Assembly: GCA_963634265.1 (NCBI GenBank)
Contig: CAVHCH010000067.1
Coordinates: forward strand, 6,787-70,786
Direction: 5' to 3'
Length of the DNA stretch: 64,000 nucleotides
Source: Bacteroidaceae bacterium
Lineage (GTDB): Bacteria > Bacillota > Clostridia > Oscillospirales > Oscillospiraceae
Under the pieces are notes generated by a model. That model did not search any database. It saw nothing but the letters and a program-made list of their open reading frames with translations, and was not told where the DNA came from. The translations under genes were made by a program, and so were the position numbers. Of this stretch, positions 1 through 9,044 are shown in pieces (within the stretch, counting starts at the first letter, position 1; each line of letters opens with the position of its first letter).

Positions 1-1405
1 GCGTTTCTCCGCCGATCTCCTGGTAAGTCTCGTGTCCTTTGCCGCACAGGAGGATCACATCTCCTGCCCGCCCCCGGTCCATAGCCAGGGCGATGGCCTT
101 CTTTCGGTCCGGCTCCACCTCGTACCGCTCCTCCGCCCCGGCCATGCCGGGCAGAATGTCCCGGATAATGGCCTCCGGGTCCTCGGTGCGGGGGTTGTCG
201 CTGGTGACGATGGCGAAGTCCGCAAGGCTCGCCACGGCCCGGCCCATGAGGGGCCGCTTTCCCTTTTCCCGGTCGCCGCCGCAGCCAAACACGGCGATGA
301 CCCGGCCCTCTGCAAACCCTCGGGCCGTTTTCAGCACATTTTCCAAAGCGTCCGGGGTGTGGGCGTAATCAATGAGCAGGGTATAGGGCTTTCCCGGCGT
401 AGGCACCACTTCCATGCGGCCCTTGACCCCGGGAAAGGTGCGCAGCGCTTCGGCGCAGGTCTCCGCGGGAATGTTAAGCAATCGGCACGCGGCCATGGCC
501 CCCAATGTATTATACACCGAAAACCGGCCCGGCACACCCAAATGTATAGCCGTTCTTTTTCCGTTTTCCACGGCGGTGAATTCCACCCCCCGGCTCAAAA
601 GCCGGATGTCCTCCCCCCGGAGCTGGGCGTCCTCCCCCAGTCCGTATAGGAGCACCGGGCAGCGGGAGCGGGCCAAAATCCGCTCCCGCCAGGGGTCGTC
701 GGCGTTGCACGCCGCCGTGCAGCAATGGCGGAACAATTCCGCCTTGGCGTCGCAATAGTGCTGCATGGTTTTGTGGTAGTCCAGGTGATCCTCCGTAAGA
801 TTTGTGAAAATCCCCACGGTGAATTTTATGCCCTCTGTTCTGCACTGTGTAAGTGCATGAGACGACACTTCCATGACACCGAAACTGCACCTTTGCTTCA
901 CCATTTTGCACAAAAAGTGCTGTATTTCCAGGGCATTGGGGGTGGTCCGCCGGGCCGGAAAGCGCTCCCCGCCCACGCAGTTTTCCACGGTGCCGATGAG
1001 CCCCGTTTTCGCCCCCGCAGTCTCCAGAATATGCTTAATTAAATAGGTCGTTGTGGTCTTTCCGTTGGTGCCGGTAACGCCCAGGATCTTCAGCTTTTCC
1101 GCGGGGTTTCCGTACCAGGTGCAGGCCAATTGTCCCAAGGCTTTCCGGGCGTTTCGCACCAGGATAAACGGCGCGCCCTGGGGCATATTTCCCGGCGGTT
1201 TTCCCTGGCAGATGACTGCCGCCGCACCCCTTTTCAGAGCCTCACGAACATAGTCCCCGCCGTCGCAGTTATTTCCGGGAATTGCCACGAAAATACCACC
1301 CTTTTCCACCTCTCTTGAATCGCAGAAAACCCCAGTAATTTCAAGGCTTTCCGGCACATTTTGCGTGCTGACCTCCACTCCGTGCAGCAGCTCCCGCAGG
1401 CGCAT
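1..1405 (-). CDS. murE: UDP-N-acetylmuramoyl-tripeptide synthetase MurE (3' end runs off the window)
   Basis: Hand translation from ATG 1405 (RBS GAAAGGAG): MRLRELLHGV...FCDSREVEKG...GVTGTNGKTTTT P-loop, later DYAHTPD motif; dcw context. Absent from the ORF track because its stop lies outside the window. Confidence 0.9.
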   Translation of the reverse strand, partial: MRLRELLHGVEVSTQNVPESLEITGVFCDSREVEKGGIFVAIPGNNCDGGDYVREALKRGAAAVICQGKPPGNMPQGAPFILVRNARKALGQLACTWYGNPAEKLKILGVTGTNGKTTTTYLIKHILETAGAKTGLIGTVENCVGGERFPARRTTPNALEIQHFLCKMVKQRCSFGVMEVSSHALTQCRTEGIKFTVGIFTNLTEDHLDYHKTMQHYCDAKAELFRHCCTAACNADDPWRERILARSRCPVLLYGLGEDAQLRGEDIRLLSRGVEFTAVENGKRTAIHLGVPGRFSVYNTLGAMAACRLLNIPAETCAEALRTFPGVKGRMEVVPTPGKPYTLLIDYAHTPDALENVLKTARGFAEGRVIAVFGCGGDREKGKRPLMGRAVASLADFAIVTSDNPRTEDPEAIIRDILPGMAGAEERYEVEPDRKKAIALAMDRGRAGDVILLCGKGHETYQEIGGET

Positions 1406-1486
1406 TCGGTCTCTCCTTTCACCGAAAACCACAGGACCGCCCCCGGCCACTCAAAAAGCCTTATAAAGCAAGGCTTTCCGCCGGGC

Positions 1487-3739
1487 TCAGTCCGTAACGC
1501 CGCCGTCCCGGAGCTGGGCGGAAATCACTGTTCCCGCCGCCACCTGGGAGCCCGCGGCCTCCGACTGATTGATGACCCGGATGCTGTCCGAGCCGCTGTC
1601 TGTGGTGCCGGTGAATCGCAGGATCAGACCCGCGCTGCTCACCGCAACATTGGCCTCGCTGGGGGACATACCCACCAGGTTCGGCACGGTGCAAAGGGTG
1701 GTCGGTTTTTCCGTCCCGGCGTAGAGGATCACCCGGGATTTGCCGGGGATCACGGTGCCGCCCTCGGGGGTCTGGTCGGTGACGGTATCGCCGTCGCCCA
1801 CCACCTTCACGGAGAAGCCCCGGGCCTTCAGCTTAGCCTCGGCATCCGCTACGGACATACCTATTACATAATTGACCGTGGTATCGGAGCCCAGCAGCTC
1901 CTCGGCGGAATAGGAGGGCTCCACGCCCAGATACGGAAGAATTTCCGACATGATCTGGCTGGCGTAGGGGGCCACGGTGCCGCCGCCGCCACGGCCCTCG
2001 CCGGCGGGGGTATCCAGGGTCAGAAGCATGATATACTTAGGGTTATCCGCCGGGGCAAAGCACATGAAGGACAGGATGGTGTCGCCGGTATTGCCCTTAT
2101 CCGCCGTGCCGGTCTTGCCGCCGATGCGGTAGCCCTTCACCTGGCCGTTGCGGCCCGTGCCGGACTCCACCACATACTCCAGGCACTGGCGCACCAGGGC
2201 GGAGGTCTCCTCGCTGACCACCTGGCGCACGGGGGTAGTATCGTGGCTGGAGAGGACATTGCCGTCGCTGTCCACCACACGCTCCACCACATAGGGGGTG
2301 TGGAGGTAGCCGCCGTTGATGCAGGCGGCCTGGGCGGAGATGAGCGCCACGGGGGTGGTATTGAAGTTCTGGCCGAAGGCGTAGCAGGCCAGGTCCAGCT
2401 CGGAGGAGGTCTCCTGGGGGGCGAAAATGCCCAGGGCCTCGCCGTCTAAGTCGATGCCGCTGCCGTTGATGAGGCCGAAATCCCGCATATAATCATAGAA
2501 CTTATCCGTACCCAGGCGCAGGCCGTAGGTGATGAAGGCGGGGTTGCAGGAGTTGCCCGCCGTCTCCTCCAGGGTCTGGTGACCGTGGCCCCGGGTGTTG
2601 CTGCAATGGATGGTGGCGTCCAGCACCTGGATGGAGCCGGAGCAGTCAAAGGTGGTATCCTTGTCGATGACCCCCTCCTCCAGGGCCGCCGCCAGGGTCA
2701 GGACCTTGAAGGTGGAGCCGGGCTCGTAGGTATCGTTGATGGCCTTATTGCGCCACTGGCGCAGCTGGGCGTCGGCCAGGCTCAGCTTATTCTCTTTGAC
2801 CAGGTTGGCGATGGCGGTATCGTAAATGCTGGAGGGGTCGTTAAGGTCGTAGCCGGGGCTGGAGGCCATGGCCAGAATGGCGCCGGTCTCCACATCCATG
2901 ACGATGCCCGTGGCGCCGTTGGCGGCCTCGGTGGCGGCGACCATCTCATTGACGGCCTTTTCCACATAATACTGGACGGTGGCGTCCAGGGTCAGGACGA
3001 TGTCACTGCCGTTTTGGGCCTTATAATACTGCTCGTAGCCATAGAGCATATCGTTGCCCGCCGGGTCCTTGGTGGAGACCACCAGACCCGTTTGACCCTC
3101 CAGGGTGCTGTTATACCGGGCTTCCAGGCCGTAGAGGCCGGTATTGTCCGTGCCCACGAAGCCGATGACCTGGGAGGCCAGGGTGGAGTAGGGGTAGTAG
3201 CGCTTGGCGTCGGTGGCCATGTAGACACCCACCACGCCCTCGTCGTTGATATAGGTGCGGATCTGGTCGGCCACATCCTCCTCCACGCGCATTTTCAGGA
3301 CCTCATACTGGGAGTCGGTGCGCTCCATTTTCTTGAGGACGCCCTCTTTATTGATCTGCAAGATCTCCGAGAGCCTTTGGGCCACGCTGTCCTTGGTCCA
3401 GGTGACGGGGTCCTCCTTGTCATTGAGGGCGCGGTTAATTTCCAGGGGGGAGAGGAAAACCGTTTCCGCTGTGGCGGAGATGGCCATGATGTTGCCGTTG
3501 CGGTCGTAAATGGTGCCGCGGGTGGCGGTGACCACGGTGCTGCGGGTCTGCTGATCCAGGGCCTTGGCCTCCAGCTCGTCGTGGCGCAGGATCTGAAGGG
3601 AAAAGAGCTTCATGAACAGCACCACGAACACCAGGATGCCCAAAACGGCCATGAGGATCATGGTGCGGTTTTGGATGGTGCGGTTGGCCCGGCGGACTTT
3701 TTCACTTTTGCGGTTCATTTCGCCGTTGGTGGGGGTCAT
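1487..3739 (-). CDS. Class B penicillin-binding protein (FtsI/SpoVD-like) with C-terminal PASTA domains
   Basis: N-terminal TM anchor, RGTIYDRNG, EPGSTFK (SxxK), SCN (SxN), KTGTA motifs; two PASTA-like repeats; between ftsL and murE. Confidence 0.93.
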   Translation of the reverse strand: MTPTNGEMNRKSEKVRRANRTIQNRTMILMAVLGILVFVVLFMKLFSLQILRHDELEAKALDQQTRSTVVTATRGTIYDRNGNIMAISATAETVFLSPLEINRALNDKEDPVTWTKDSVAQRLSEILQINKEGVLKKMERTDSQYEVLKMRVEEDVADQIRTYINDEGVVGVYMATDAKRYYPYSTLASQVIGFVGTDNTGLYGLEARYNSTLEGQTGLVVSTKDPAGNDMLYGYEQYYKAQNGSDIVLTLDATVQYYVEKAVNEMVAATEAANGATGIVMDVETGAILAMASSPGYDLNDPSSIYDTAIANLVKENKLSLADAQLRQWRNKAINDTYEPGSTFKVLTLAAALEEGVIDKDTTFDCSGSIQVLDATIHCSNTRGHGHQTLEETAGNSCNPAFITYGLRLGTDKFYDYMRDFGLINGSGIDLDGEALGIFAPQETSSELDLACYAFGQNFNTTPVALISAQAACINGGYLHTPYVVERVVDSDGNVLSSHDTTPVRQVVSEETSALVRQCLEYVVESGTGRNGQVKGYRIGGKTGTADKGNTGDTILSFMCFAPADNPKYIMLLTLDTPAGEGRGGGGTVAPYASQIMSEILPYLGVEPSYSAEELLGSDTTVNYVIGMSVADAEAKLKARGFSVKVVGDGDTVTDQTPEGGTVIPGKSRVILYAGTEKPTTLCTVPNLVGMSPSEANVAVSSAGLILRFTGTTDSGSDSIRVINQSEAAGSQVAAGTVISAQLRDGGVTD

Positions 3740-3809
3740 GGGAGAACTCCTTTCTTAGAGGTAAGATGAAAGTGGAAAGATAGGGGTTTTGCAAGGGAGT
3801 GCGGGAGTC

Positions 3810-4022
3810 GACCCCTCAGTCACGGCGTTGCCGTGCCAGCCTGCCCACCGTCGTGCCAGTCGATTCCCGGGCACTATCGTGCCCGCCAATCGGGGCACTT
3901 CCTCGAAATCGCCTTGCTGCATCCGCCACTGGCGGCGCTGCGGCGATTTCCCCTTGCGCAGGGGAGCCTTTGGGGACGGGGGTTACGGATTGCCACGGGC
4001 GCTTTGCGCCCTCGCAATGACA
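3810..4022. repeat. Mosaic palindromic repeat cluster containing a 108-bp nested insert (3841-3948)
   Basis: CCCCTCAGTCACGGC..GCCGTGCCAGC|TCCCCTTGCGCAGGGGAGCC unit split by an insert also present at 33539-33646, followed by a GGATTGCCAC..CTCGCAATGAC unit. Confidence 0.85.
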
Positions 4023-4121
4023 GATTTTTATGGAGTTTAGGGTTGTGGCTATGAGACCAAAGGAAGGAGCAAGAAGTCTCCTTCTTACTCCCTTACTCCT
4101 CGCTTCACTATATGGGTGGAC

Positions 4122-4661
4122 TCAGCGAAAATATTCCACCACGGAGCCGGCTGCGGCGGCAATGGAGTCCACGATGTTTTCAAAGGCTGTGCCCGCGTCG
4201 CTGCGGTACACCACGGCGGTATCGTTGGAGGGCAGCTCCAAATACTCGATCTGGCCGCTGGTGGGCTTCTTCATGCCCGCTTCCTCCGCTACGCGCTTGA
4301 CGGTTGCCAGGTCAAAGGTCTTTTCATACTGGGTCAGCAGAGCCACATGGCGCTCCTCCAGCTGGCTGATCTCCGACTTCATCTCGGAAATATCCGTGTT
4401 CACCTGGGTCAGGCGCACATAGCCCATGAGTAGCACCACCACCAGGCCCGCCAGCAGCACCGCGCAGGCCAGCACCAAGGGAGAGGGCTTGGCCACGGGC
4501 CGGGCCACAGGCTGACGCCGGGGCTGGGGAGCCGGTTCTGCTTGGGGTCGCTCCATGCGCCCGGCATCGTCTAAGGCCCGCTCACGGGCCAGGGCGTCCA
4601 GGTCGTAGGCCAGGGAGCCGTCCGTATATCCATATCTGCGGCGGTCGTATTTCTGCGCCAT
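4122..4661 (-). CDS. ftsL: Cell division protein FtsL-like (single TM plus coiled coil)
   Basis: Position between rsmH and the PBP; GSLAYD motif, TM segment, coiled coil, VKRVAEEAGM motif. Start moved to ATG 4661 (MAQKY). Confidence 0.7.
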   Translation of the reverse strand: MAQKYDRRRYGYTDGSLAYDLDALARERALDDAGRMERPQAEPAPQPRRQPVARPVAKPSPLVLACAVLLAGLVVVLLMGYVRLTQVNTDISEMKSEISQLEERHVALLTQYEKTFDLATVKRVAEEAGMKKPTSGQIEYLELPSNDTAVVYRSDAGTAFENIVDSIAAAAGSVVEYFR

Positions 4662-4699
4662 GATTGCCTCTTCCTTTCTCTTTTGATCTTTCAACTTCT

Positions 4700-4880
4700 A
4701 AAAAGCCTCGCAGAGTTCGCGTCCGCAGACGCGAAAAATTGAAATCATTTTTCACCGCGACATGCGCGTGGGGAAAAATACCTCTCAGGCTGCAAGTGTG
4801 GAATTTTGCCGCCTGCGGCAAAATTATGCGCGCAGCAGGCTGCAAGCCTTTTGGCAGAAAAAACAAAGTTTTTTCGCCAG
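4700..4880. repeat. ~185-bp structured dispersed repeat (MITE-like), copy 1
   Basis: Near-identical to 55423-55607 and to the reverse complement of 15933-16118; four hairpins with compensatory changes. Confidence 0.85.
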
Positions 4881-4883
4881 ATT

Positions 4884-5846
4884 TTATAGCTTCTCTGCCA
4901 CCCGGAGCTTGGCGCTGCGGGCGCGGGGATTGTATACCAATTCTGCTTCGCCGGCCACGATGGGCTTGCGGCTCACCAGCTTCATCTTCGGCGTTTTGCC
5001 GCACACGCACACGGGGAAATTGGGCGGGCAGGTGCAGCCGGTGGAGAGCTCTTGCAGAGTTTTCTTGATGATGCGGTCTTCCAGGGAGTGGAAGCTGATG
5101 ACGGCCAGGCGTCCGCCGGGGCGCAGGGCCTCGGAGGCGGCTTGCAGCATGGGGGGCAGCTCGCCCAGCTCGTCGTTGACGGCGATGCGGATGGCCTGGA
5201 AGCTGCGCTTGGCCGGGTGCTGCTTCTCCCGCAGGGCGGCGGGGGGCATGGCGGAGCGGATGATGTCCACCAGTTGGCCGGTGGTCTCGATGGGAGCTTC
5301 CTGGCGGCGGCGCACGATGGTCTTGGCGATGGCCGGGGCGTAGCGCTCCTCGCCGTACTCAAAGAGGATGCGGCGCAGGTCCTCGTAGCTCCAGCCGTTG
5401 ACCACATCCCGGGCGGTGAGGGCCGCGGTGCGGTCCATGCGCATATCCAGGGGGGCGTCGTGCATATAGGAGAAGCCGCGCTGGGCTTCGTCCAGCTGGG
5501 GTGAGGACACGCCCAAATCAAAGAGCATCCCGTCTACGCCGGGAACATCCAGCTCCCGCAGGACATCGGCGATGCGGCTGAAATTGCTGTGTACCAGGGT
5601 CACGCGGTCTATGTAGTCCGCCAGGCGGACTTTAGCGGCCTCGATGGCGGTTTCGTCACGGTCCAGGCAGATCAGGCGGCCTGTGGTGAGCCGCTTTACG
5701 ATCTCCAAAGAGTGTCCGGCCCGGCCCAGGGTTCCATCTACATAGATGCCGTCGGGCTTGATATTTAGGGCAGTCAGGCACTCGTCCAGCAGCACGGGCT
5801 TATGGCCGAAGGCCTGGTCGGAGGCGGCGTTGCGGTCAAATCCCAT
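4884..5846 (-). CDS. rsmH: 16S rRNA m4C1402 methyltransferase RsmH (MraW)
   Basis: HKPVLL, VDGTLGRAGHS, DLGVSSPQLD, PLDMRMD, FHSLEDR, NPRARSAKLR motifs. Confidence 0.97.
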   Translation of the reverse strand: MGFDRNAASDQAFGHKPVLLDECLTALNIKPDGIYVDGTLGRAGHSLEIVKRLTTGRLICLDRDETAIEAAKVRLADYIDRVTLVHSNFSRIADVLRELDVPGVDGMLFDLGVSSPQLDEAQRGFSYMHDAPLDMRMDRTAALTARDVVNGWSYEDLRRILFEYGEERYAPAIAKTIVRRRQEAPIETTGQLVDIIRSAMPPAALREKQHPAKRSFQAIRIAVNDELGELPPMLQAASEALRPGGRLAVISFHSLEDRIIKKTLQELSTGCTCPPNFPVCVCGKTPKMKLVSRKPIVAGEAELVYNPRARSAKLRVAEKL

Positions 5847-5849
5847 GGC

Positions 5850-6266
5850 TTACAGCCCCATCTCTTCCATGGCGCGCTCCAAAGAGCCGCTCTCCAGGGC
5901 CAGGGACTCCTCCCGGGCCCAGCGGTCGGCGTTCCAGATCTCGGCGCGATCGAAGCTGCCGATGACCACCACTTCTTTTTTTAGGTCCGCGTATTCCCGC
6001 AGCTTGGTGGGAATGAGGATGCGGCCCTGGGCATCGGGTTCGCAGTCCACGGCGTTGGCGGACAGGGCGCGCAGGGCCTTGGCCTTGCTGTAAGGCAGCT
6101 CGTGGAACTTAGCCATGAAGTCGTCCCAGGTCTCGCTGGGGTAGATGGTGAGGCAGTGGTCCGGGCCGATGGTCACATGGAAGGTCTCGCCCAGTTCCTC
6201 CCGGAGCTTGGCGGGGATGAACAGCCGCCCCTTGGCGTCGATATTGTGTGCGTATTGGCCGGTCAC
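5850..6266 (-). CDS. mraZ: Division/cell-wall cluster transcriptional regulator MraZ
   Basis: IDAKGRLFIPAKLRE and DAQGRILIP AbrB-like repeats, AEIW; GTG start at 6266 with RBS AAAGGAGG. Confidence 0.96.
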   Translation of the reverse strand: MTGQYAHNIDAKGRLFIPAKLREELGETFHVTIGPDHCLTIYPSETWDDFMAKFHELPYSKAKALRALSANAVDCEPDAQGRILIPTKLREYADLKKEVVVIGSFDRAEIWNADRWAREESLALESGSLERAMEEMGL

Positions 6267-6292
6267 GGCTGTCCCTCCTTTCCTGGGTTTTT

Positions 6293-6391
6293 GTGGGAAT
6301 CTGTGGGATTGTCCCCCACAAATGTGGGCACTACCCCCACAACGCCCCACTTCTATGGTTACAGTATAGTAAATCGGGCGGCCAATTGCAA
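6293..6391 (-). promoter_or_regulatory. mraZ promoter with six GTGGG MraZ-box-like repeats
   Basis: Minus-strand TTGCAA (6386-6391)-17-TATACT (6363-6368); GTGGG/CCCAC at 6293, 6303, 6315, 6324, 6336, 6346. Confidence 0.75.
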
Positions 6392-6494
6392 GGATATTTT
6401 TTTCCTAAAATGGAACATATTTCCTGAAGAAAGTGGGCAAATTCTTCGGTTTTTGCAGGAAATTAGAACAGTTGTTTCTTTCTCGGAGAGTATG

Positions 6495-6530
6495 AAAAAA
6501 CACCGCCCACTACATATAGTGGGCGGTGTG
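6495..6530 (-). terminator. Intrinsic terminator of the rsmD-coaD operon
   Basis: ACACCGCCCACTA/TAGTGGGCGGTGT stem followed by a T run on the minus strand. Confidence 0.7.
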
Positions 6531-6624
6531 GATTTTAGACGCGATATATAGTTTTATAACAAGAGGGCGGATTTTGTGGGTTCGACAATTTGTGCGTTTC
6601 TACGAAATTTTACCGCATTTTTTG

Positions 6625-7158
6625 TCAGTTTTCTCCGTCCTCCTGGGGCTTCTCCTCCGGGGTGGGGGCGGAGCCGCTGCGGATCTGCTGCATTTGCTCG
6701 TTGGAGGCGGCCCGGAAGCGGACACGGGACTGGCGCACCTCGTCCAGGGCCATCTGGATGGCCTCCTCGGTGCGGCGCAGGGCGTCCTCGGTGTAGGAAT
6801 TCGCCACGCGGTAGAGCTCGTTTGTGCGCTCCTCAGCCCGGTGGATGATCTCCGAGGACTTCATGCGGGCGCGCTGGAGGGTCTCGCTCTCGGAGACGAT
6901 GGTCTTGGCGTCCAGGTCGGCCTGGCGGAGCATCTTCTCCACCTCTTTTTTGGCGGAGGCGATGTACTCGTCCCGGGCGCGGATCAGCTCCTGGGCCTTC
7001 TTGATCTCCAGGGGCATACGGCTGCGGATCTCCGTGAGGATGTCCAGGGCCTCGTCGCGGTTGATGGTGCATTTTTCGGCGCTGAAGGGGGCGCTCTTGG
7101 CTTCGTCGATCATGCCGTAGAGCATATCCAGCAGGCGCTGCAGGTCTTTTTCTTCCAT
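6625..7158 (-). CDS. Conserved coiled-coil protein downstream of coaD (DivIVA/ATPase subunit-like annotation)
   Basis: 177-aa helical protein with P.EIKKAQELI motif, typical of the gene after coaD in Clostridia; strong RBS. Confidence 0.7.
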   Translation of the reverse strand: MEEKDLQRLLDMLYGMIDEAKSAPFSAEKCTINRDEALDILTEIRSRMPLEIKKAQELIRARDEYIASAKKEVEKMLRQADLDAKTIVSESETLQRARMKSSEIIHRAEERTNELYRVANSYTEDALRRTEEAIQMALDEVRQSRVRFRAASNEQMQQIRSGSAPTPEEKPQEDGEN

Positions 7159-7175
7159 AATAGTTCCTCCCCGTT

Positions 7176-7655
7176 TCAGTTTGTTTTCTGCTGCAGCTCC
7201 TCCGCCACGGGCAGAGGAACATATTTTTCAAGCGGTTGGCCGTAGCGGATCATCTCCCGGACCATGGTGGAGCTGAAGTGCTGGTACTCGGTGCTGGCGG
7301 GCAGGAATACCGTCTCCAGGTCGGGCCAGATGCCCCGGTTGATGGCGGCCATTTGGTACTCCAGGTCGAAGTCCGTGGCGTTGCGCAGGCCCTTGACGAT
7401 GATGCGGGCGTTCTTTTCCCGGGCATAGTCGGCCAGCAGGCCCCGGAACAGCTCCGCCTCCACATTGGGCAGGTCCGCCACCGAGCGGCGCAGCAGCTCC
7501 AGGCGCTTTTCCGCCGGGAACATGTGGGACTTTTTATCGCAGTTATCCATCACGCACACGAAAACCTTGTCAAAGCACTGGGCGGCGCGGCGGATGATGT
7601 CCAGATGTCCCAGCGTGATGGGGTCGAAGCTGCCGGGATAGATGGCTATTTTCAT
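7176..7655 (-). CDS. coaD: Phosphopantetheine adenylyltransferase
   Basis: AIYPGSFDPITLGHLDII, KGLR...DFDLE, SSTMVRE motifs. Confidence 0.97.
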   Translation of the reverse strand: MKIAIYPGSFDPITLGHLDIIRRAAQCFDKVFVCVMDNCDKKSHMFPAEKRLELLRRSVADLPNVEAELFRGLLADYAREKNARIIVKGLRNATDFDLEYQMAAINRGIWPDLETVFLPASTEYQHFSSTMVREMIRYGQPLEKYVPLPVAEELQQKTN

Positions 7656-7659
7656 GGGG

Positions 7660-8205
7660 TCAATCCTCGTTTCTGTGGTATACAGTGAGTTTTATTTTGC
7701 CGTAACGATACTCTCTGTATATCGAATAGGGGCCGCTGAGCGGGGGCAGGGTCTTATCTGCCGCGCTTTCCGCCACAATTATACCATGTCTGCGGCAAAT
7801 GTCAAACCTTGCGATCTCCTCCAGGGCCTGCTCCAGGAGGCCGGAGGCGTAGGGGGGGTCCAGGAAAATAAGGTCGAACTTCTCGCCGGACTTTAGGTAG
7901 CTCATGGCATCGCCGTTGACGACCCGGGCTTGATCTGAAAAACCGCAGACCTCCAGGTTTTCCCGGATGGCCTGGAGTGCATCCTTGCGGCGCTCCACAA
8001 ACACGGCGCTGTCGGCGCCCCGGCTCAGGGCTTCGATGCCAAGCTGGCCGGTGCCGGCGAACAGGTCCAGGACCCGGCGGCCCTCAATATCGAACTGGAT
8101 GACGGAGAAGAGGGCTTCTTTCACCTTGCCCGTGGTGGGGCGGGTCTCCAGGCCCTCCAGCTCCTTTAACCGTCTGCCCCGGGCAGACCCTGTGATGACT
8201 CTCAT
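7660..8205 (-). CDS. rsmD: 16S rRNA m2G966 methyltransferase RsmD
   Basis: MRVITGSARGRRL, TRPT, LDLFAGTGQLGIEALSRGA, DPPY motifs. Confidence 0.96.
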   Translation of the reverse strand: MRVITGSARGRRLKELEGLETRPTTGKVKEALFSVIQFDIEGRRVLDLFAGTGQLGIEALSRGADSAVFVERRKDALQAIRENLEVCGFSDQARVVNGDAMSYLKSGEKFDLIFLDPPYASGLLEQALEEIARFDICRRHGIIVAESAADKTLPPLSGPYSIYREYRYGKIKLTVYHRNED

Positions 8206-8209
8206 AGCG

Positions 8210-9043
8210 TTACAGGCGGGGGTCGAAGTCCTGGAAAATCACAAGATTTCCCGCGGACTCCGCCGCACGCATCTCCTCTTTTGTGATGATGGTCCAGTTG
8301 ACCTCCTGGACATGGTAGAACCAGCGGCACCAGCGCAGGCAGAAATTATCCCGGTCGGAAAAGCGGTAGGCGATGAAATCGGGCTTAGCCAGGCAGTTGG
8401 TGAGCAGGTTCCCCAGGGCCCAGAGCAGGGGTTTCGGCATAGTGCCGCCGTCGCCGTGGCGGAGGAAGTTCTCGCTGAGCTGGCCCCGGACGATCTCCGG
8501 GCGGTTCTTTTTCAGCCACCGGATGCACCGGGGATCGAAGGACTCGATGCAGTAGAGCACCTTGAATTTATCCAGCATGGCGCAGGCAGCGGCGGCCAGG
8601 GCATCGTGGTCCCCCCGCTCCGCCTTCAGCTCCACCACCAGCGGAAGGCCGCTCTCTTCAAACAGGGGCAAGACCTCCTCCAGGAGGGGGATCTGCTGGT
8701 CGGTTCCCTCCAGGCGGTACTGCTTTAATTCCTCCGCCGTCAGGTCCTCCACCTGGACATCGGCCCCGGCGGTGCGCAGAAGGCTGGCATCGTGGATAAC
8801 GGCCAGGTTTCCGTCCTTCATTAAATGCACATCCAGTTCCACGCCGAAGCCCCGGCGGATGGCCTCCTTATAGGCAAGGAGGGAGTTTTCCGGGGCTATA
8901 TCCTTGCCGTGGTAGCCCCGGTGGGCGTAGCGGTATTTCCGCAGGAGCGTCCAGTAGGAATGGCCCCGGCGGCACACGGTCAGCAGGGCGAATATCTCTG
9001 CCAGGATCAGCAGAATAATGATGATTAAAATGGCAATCCACAT
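8210..9043 (-). CDS. Glycerophosphodiester phosphodiesterase family protein with N-terminal membrane anchor
   Basis: AHRG, PENS, ELDVH..KDG..AVIHD, VELK motifs. Confidence 0.9.
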   Translation of the reverse strand: MWIAILIIIILLILAEIFALLTVCRRGHSYWTLLRKYRYAHRGYHGKDIAPENSLLAYKEAIRRGFGVELDVHLMKDGNLAVIHDASLLRTAGADVQVEDLTAEELKQYRLEGTDQQIPLLEEVLPLFEESGLPLVVELKAERGDHDALAAAACAMLDKFKVLYCIESFDPRCIRWLKKNRPEIVRGQLSENFLRHGDGGTMPKPLLWALGNLLTNCLAKPDFIAYRFSDRDNFCLRWCRWFYHVQEVNWTIITKEEMRAAESAGNLVIFQDFDPRL

Positions 9044-9044
9044 A

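Noticed and set aside
1..1422. murE as a pseudogene, because the ORF track shows only fragments
   Set aside because: The frame from ATG 1405 shows intact MurE motifs where I translated it and runs off the window edge, which explains its omission from the track.
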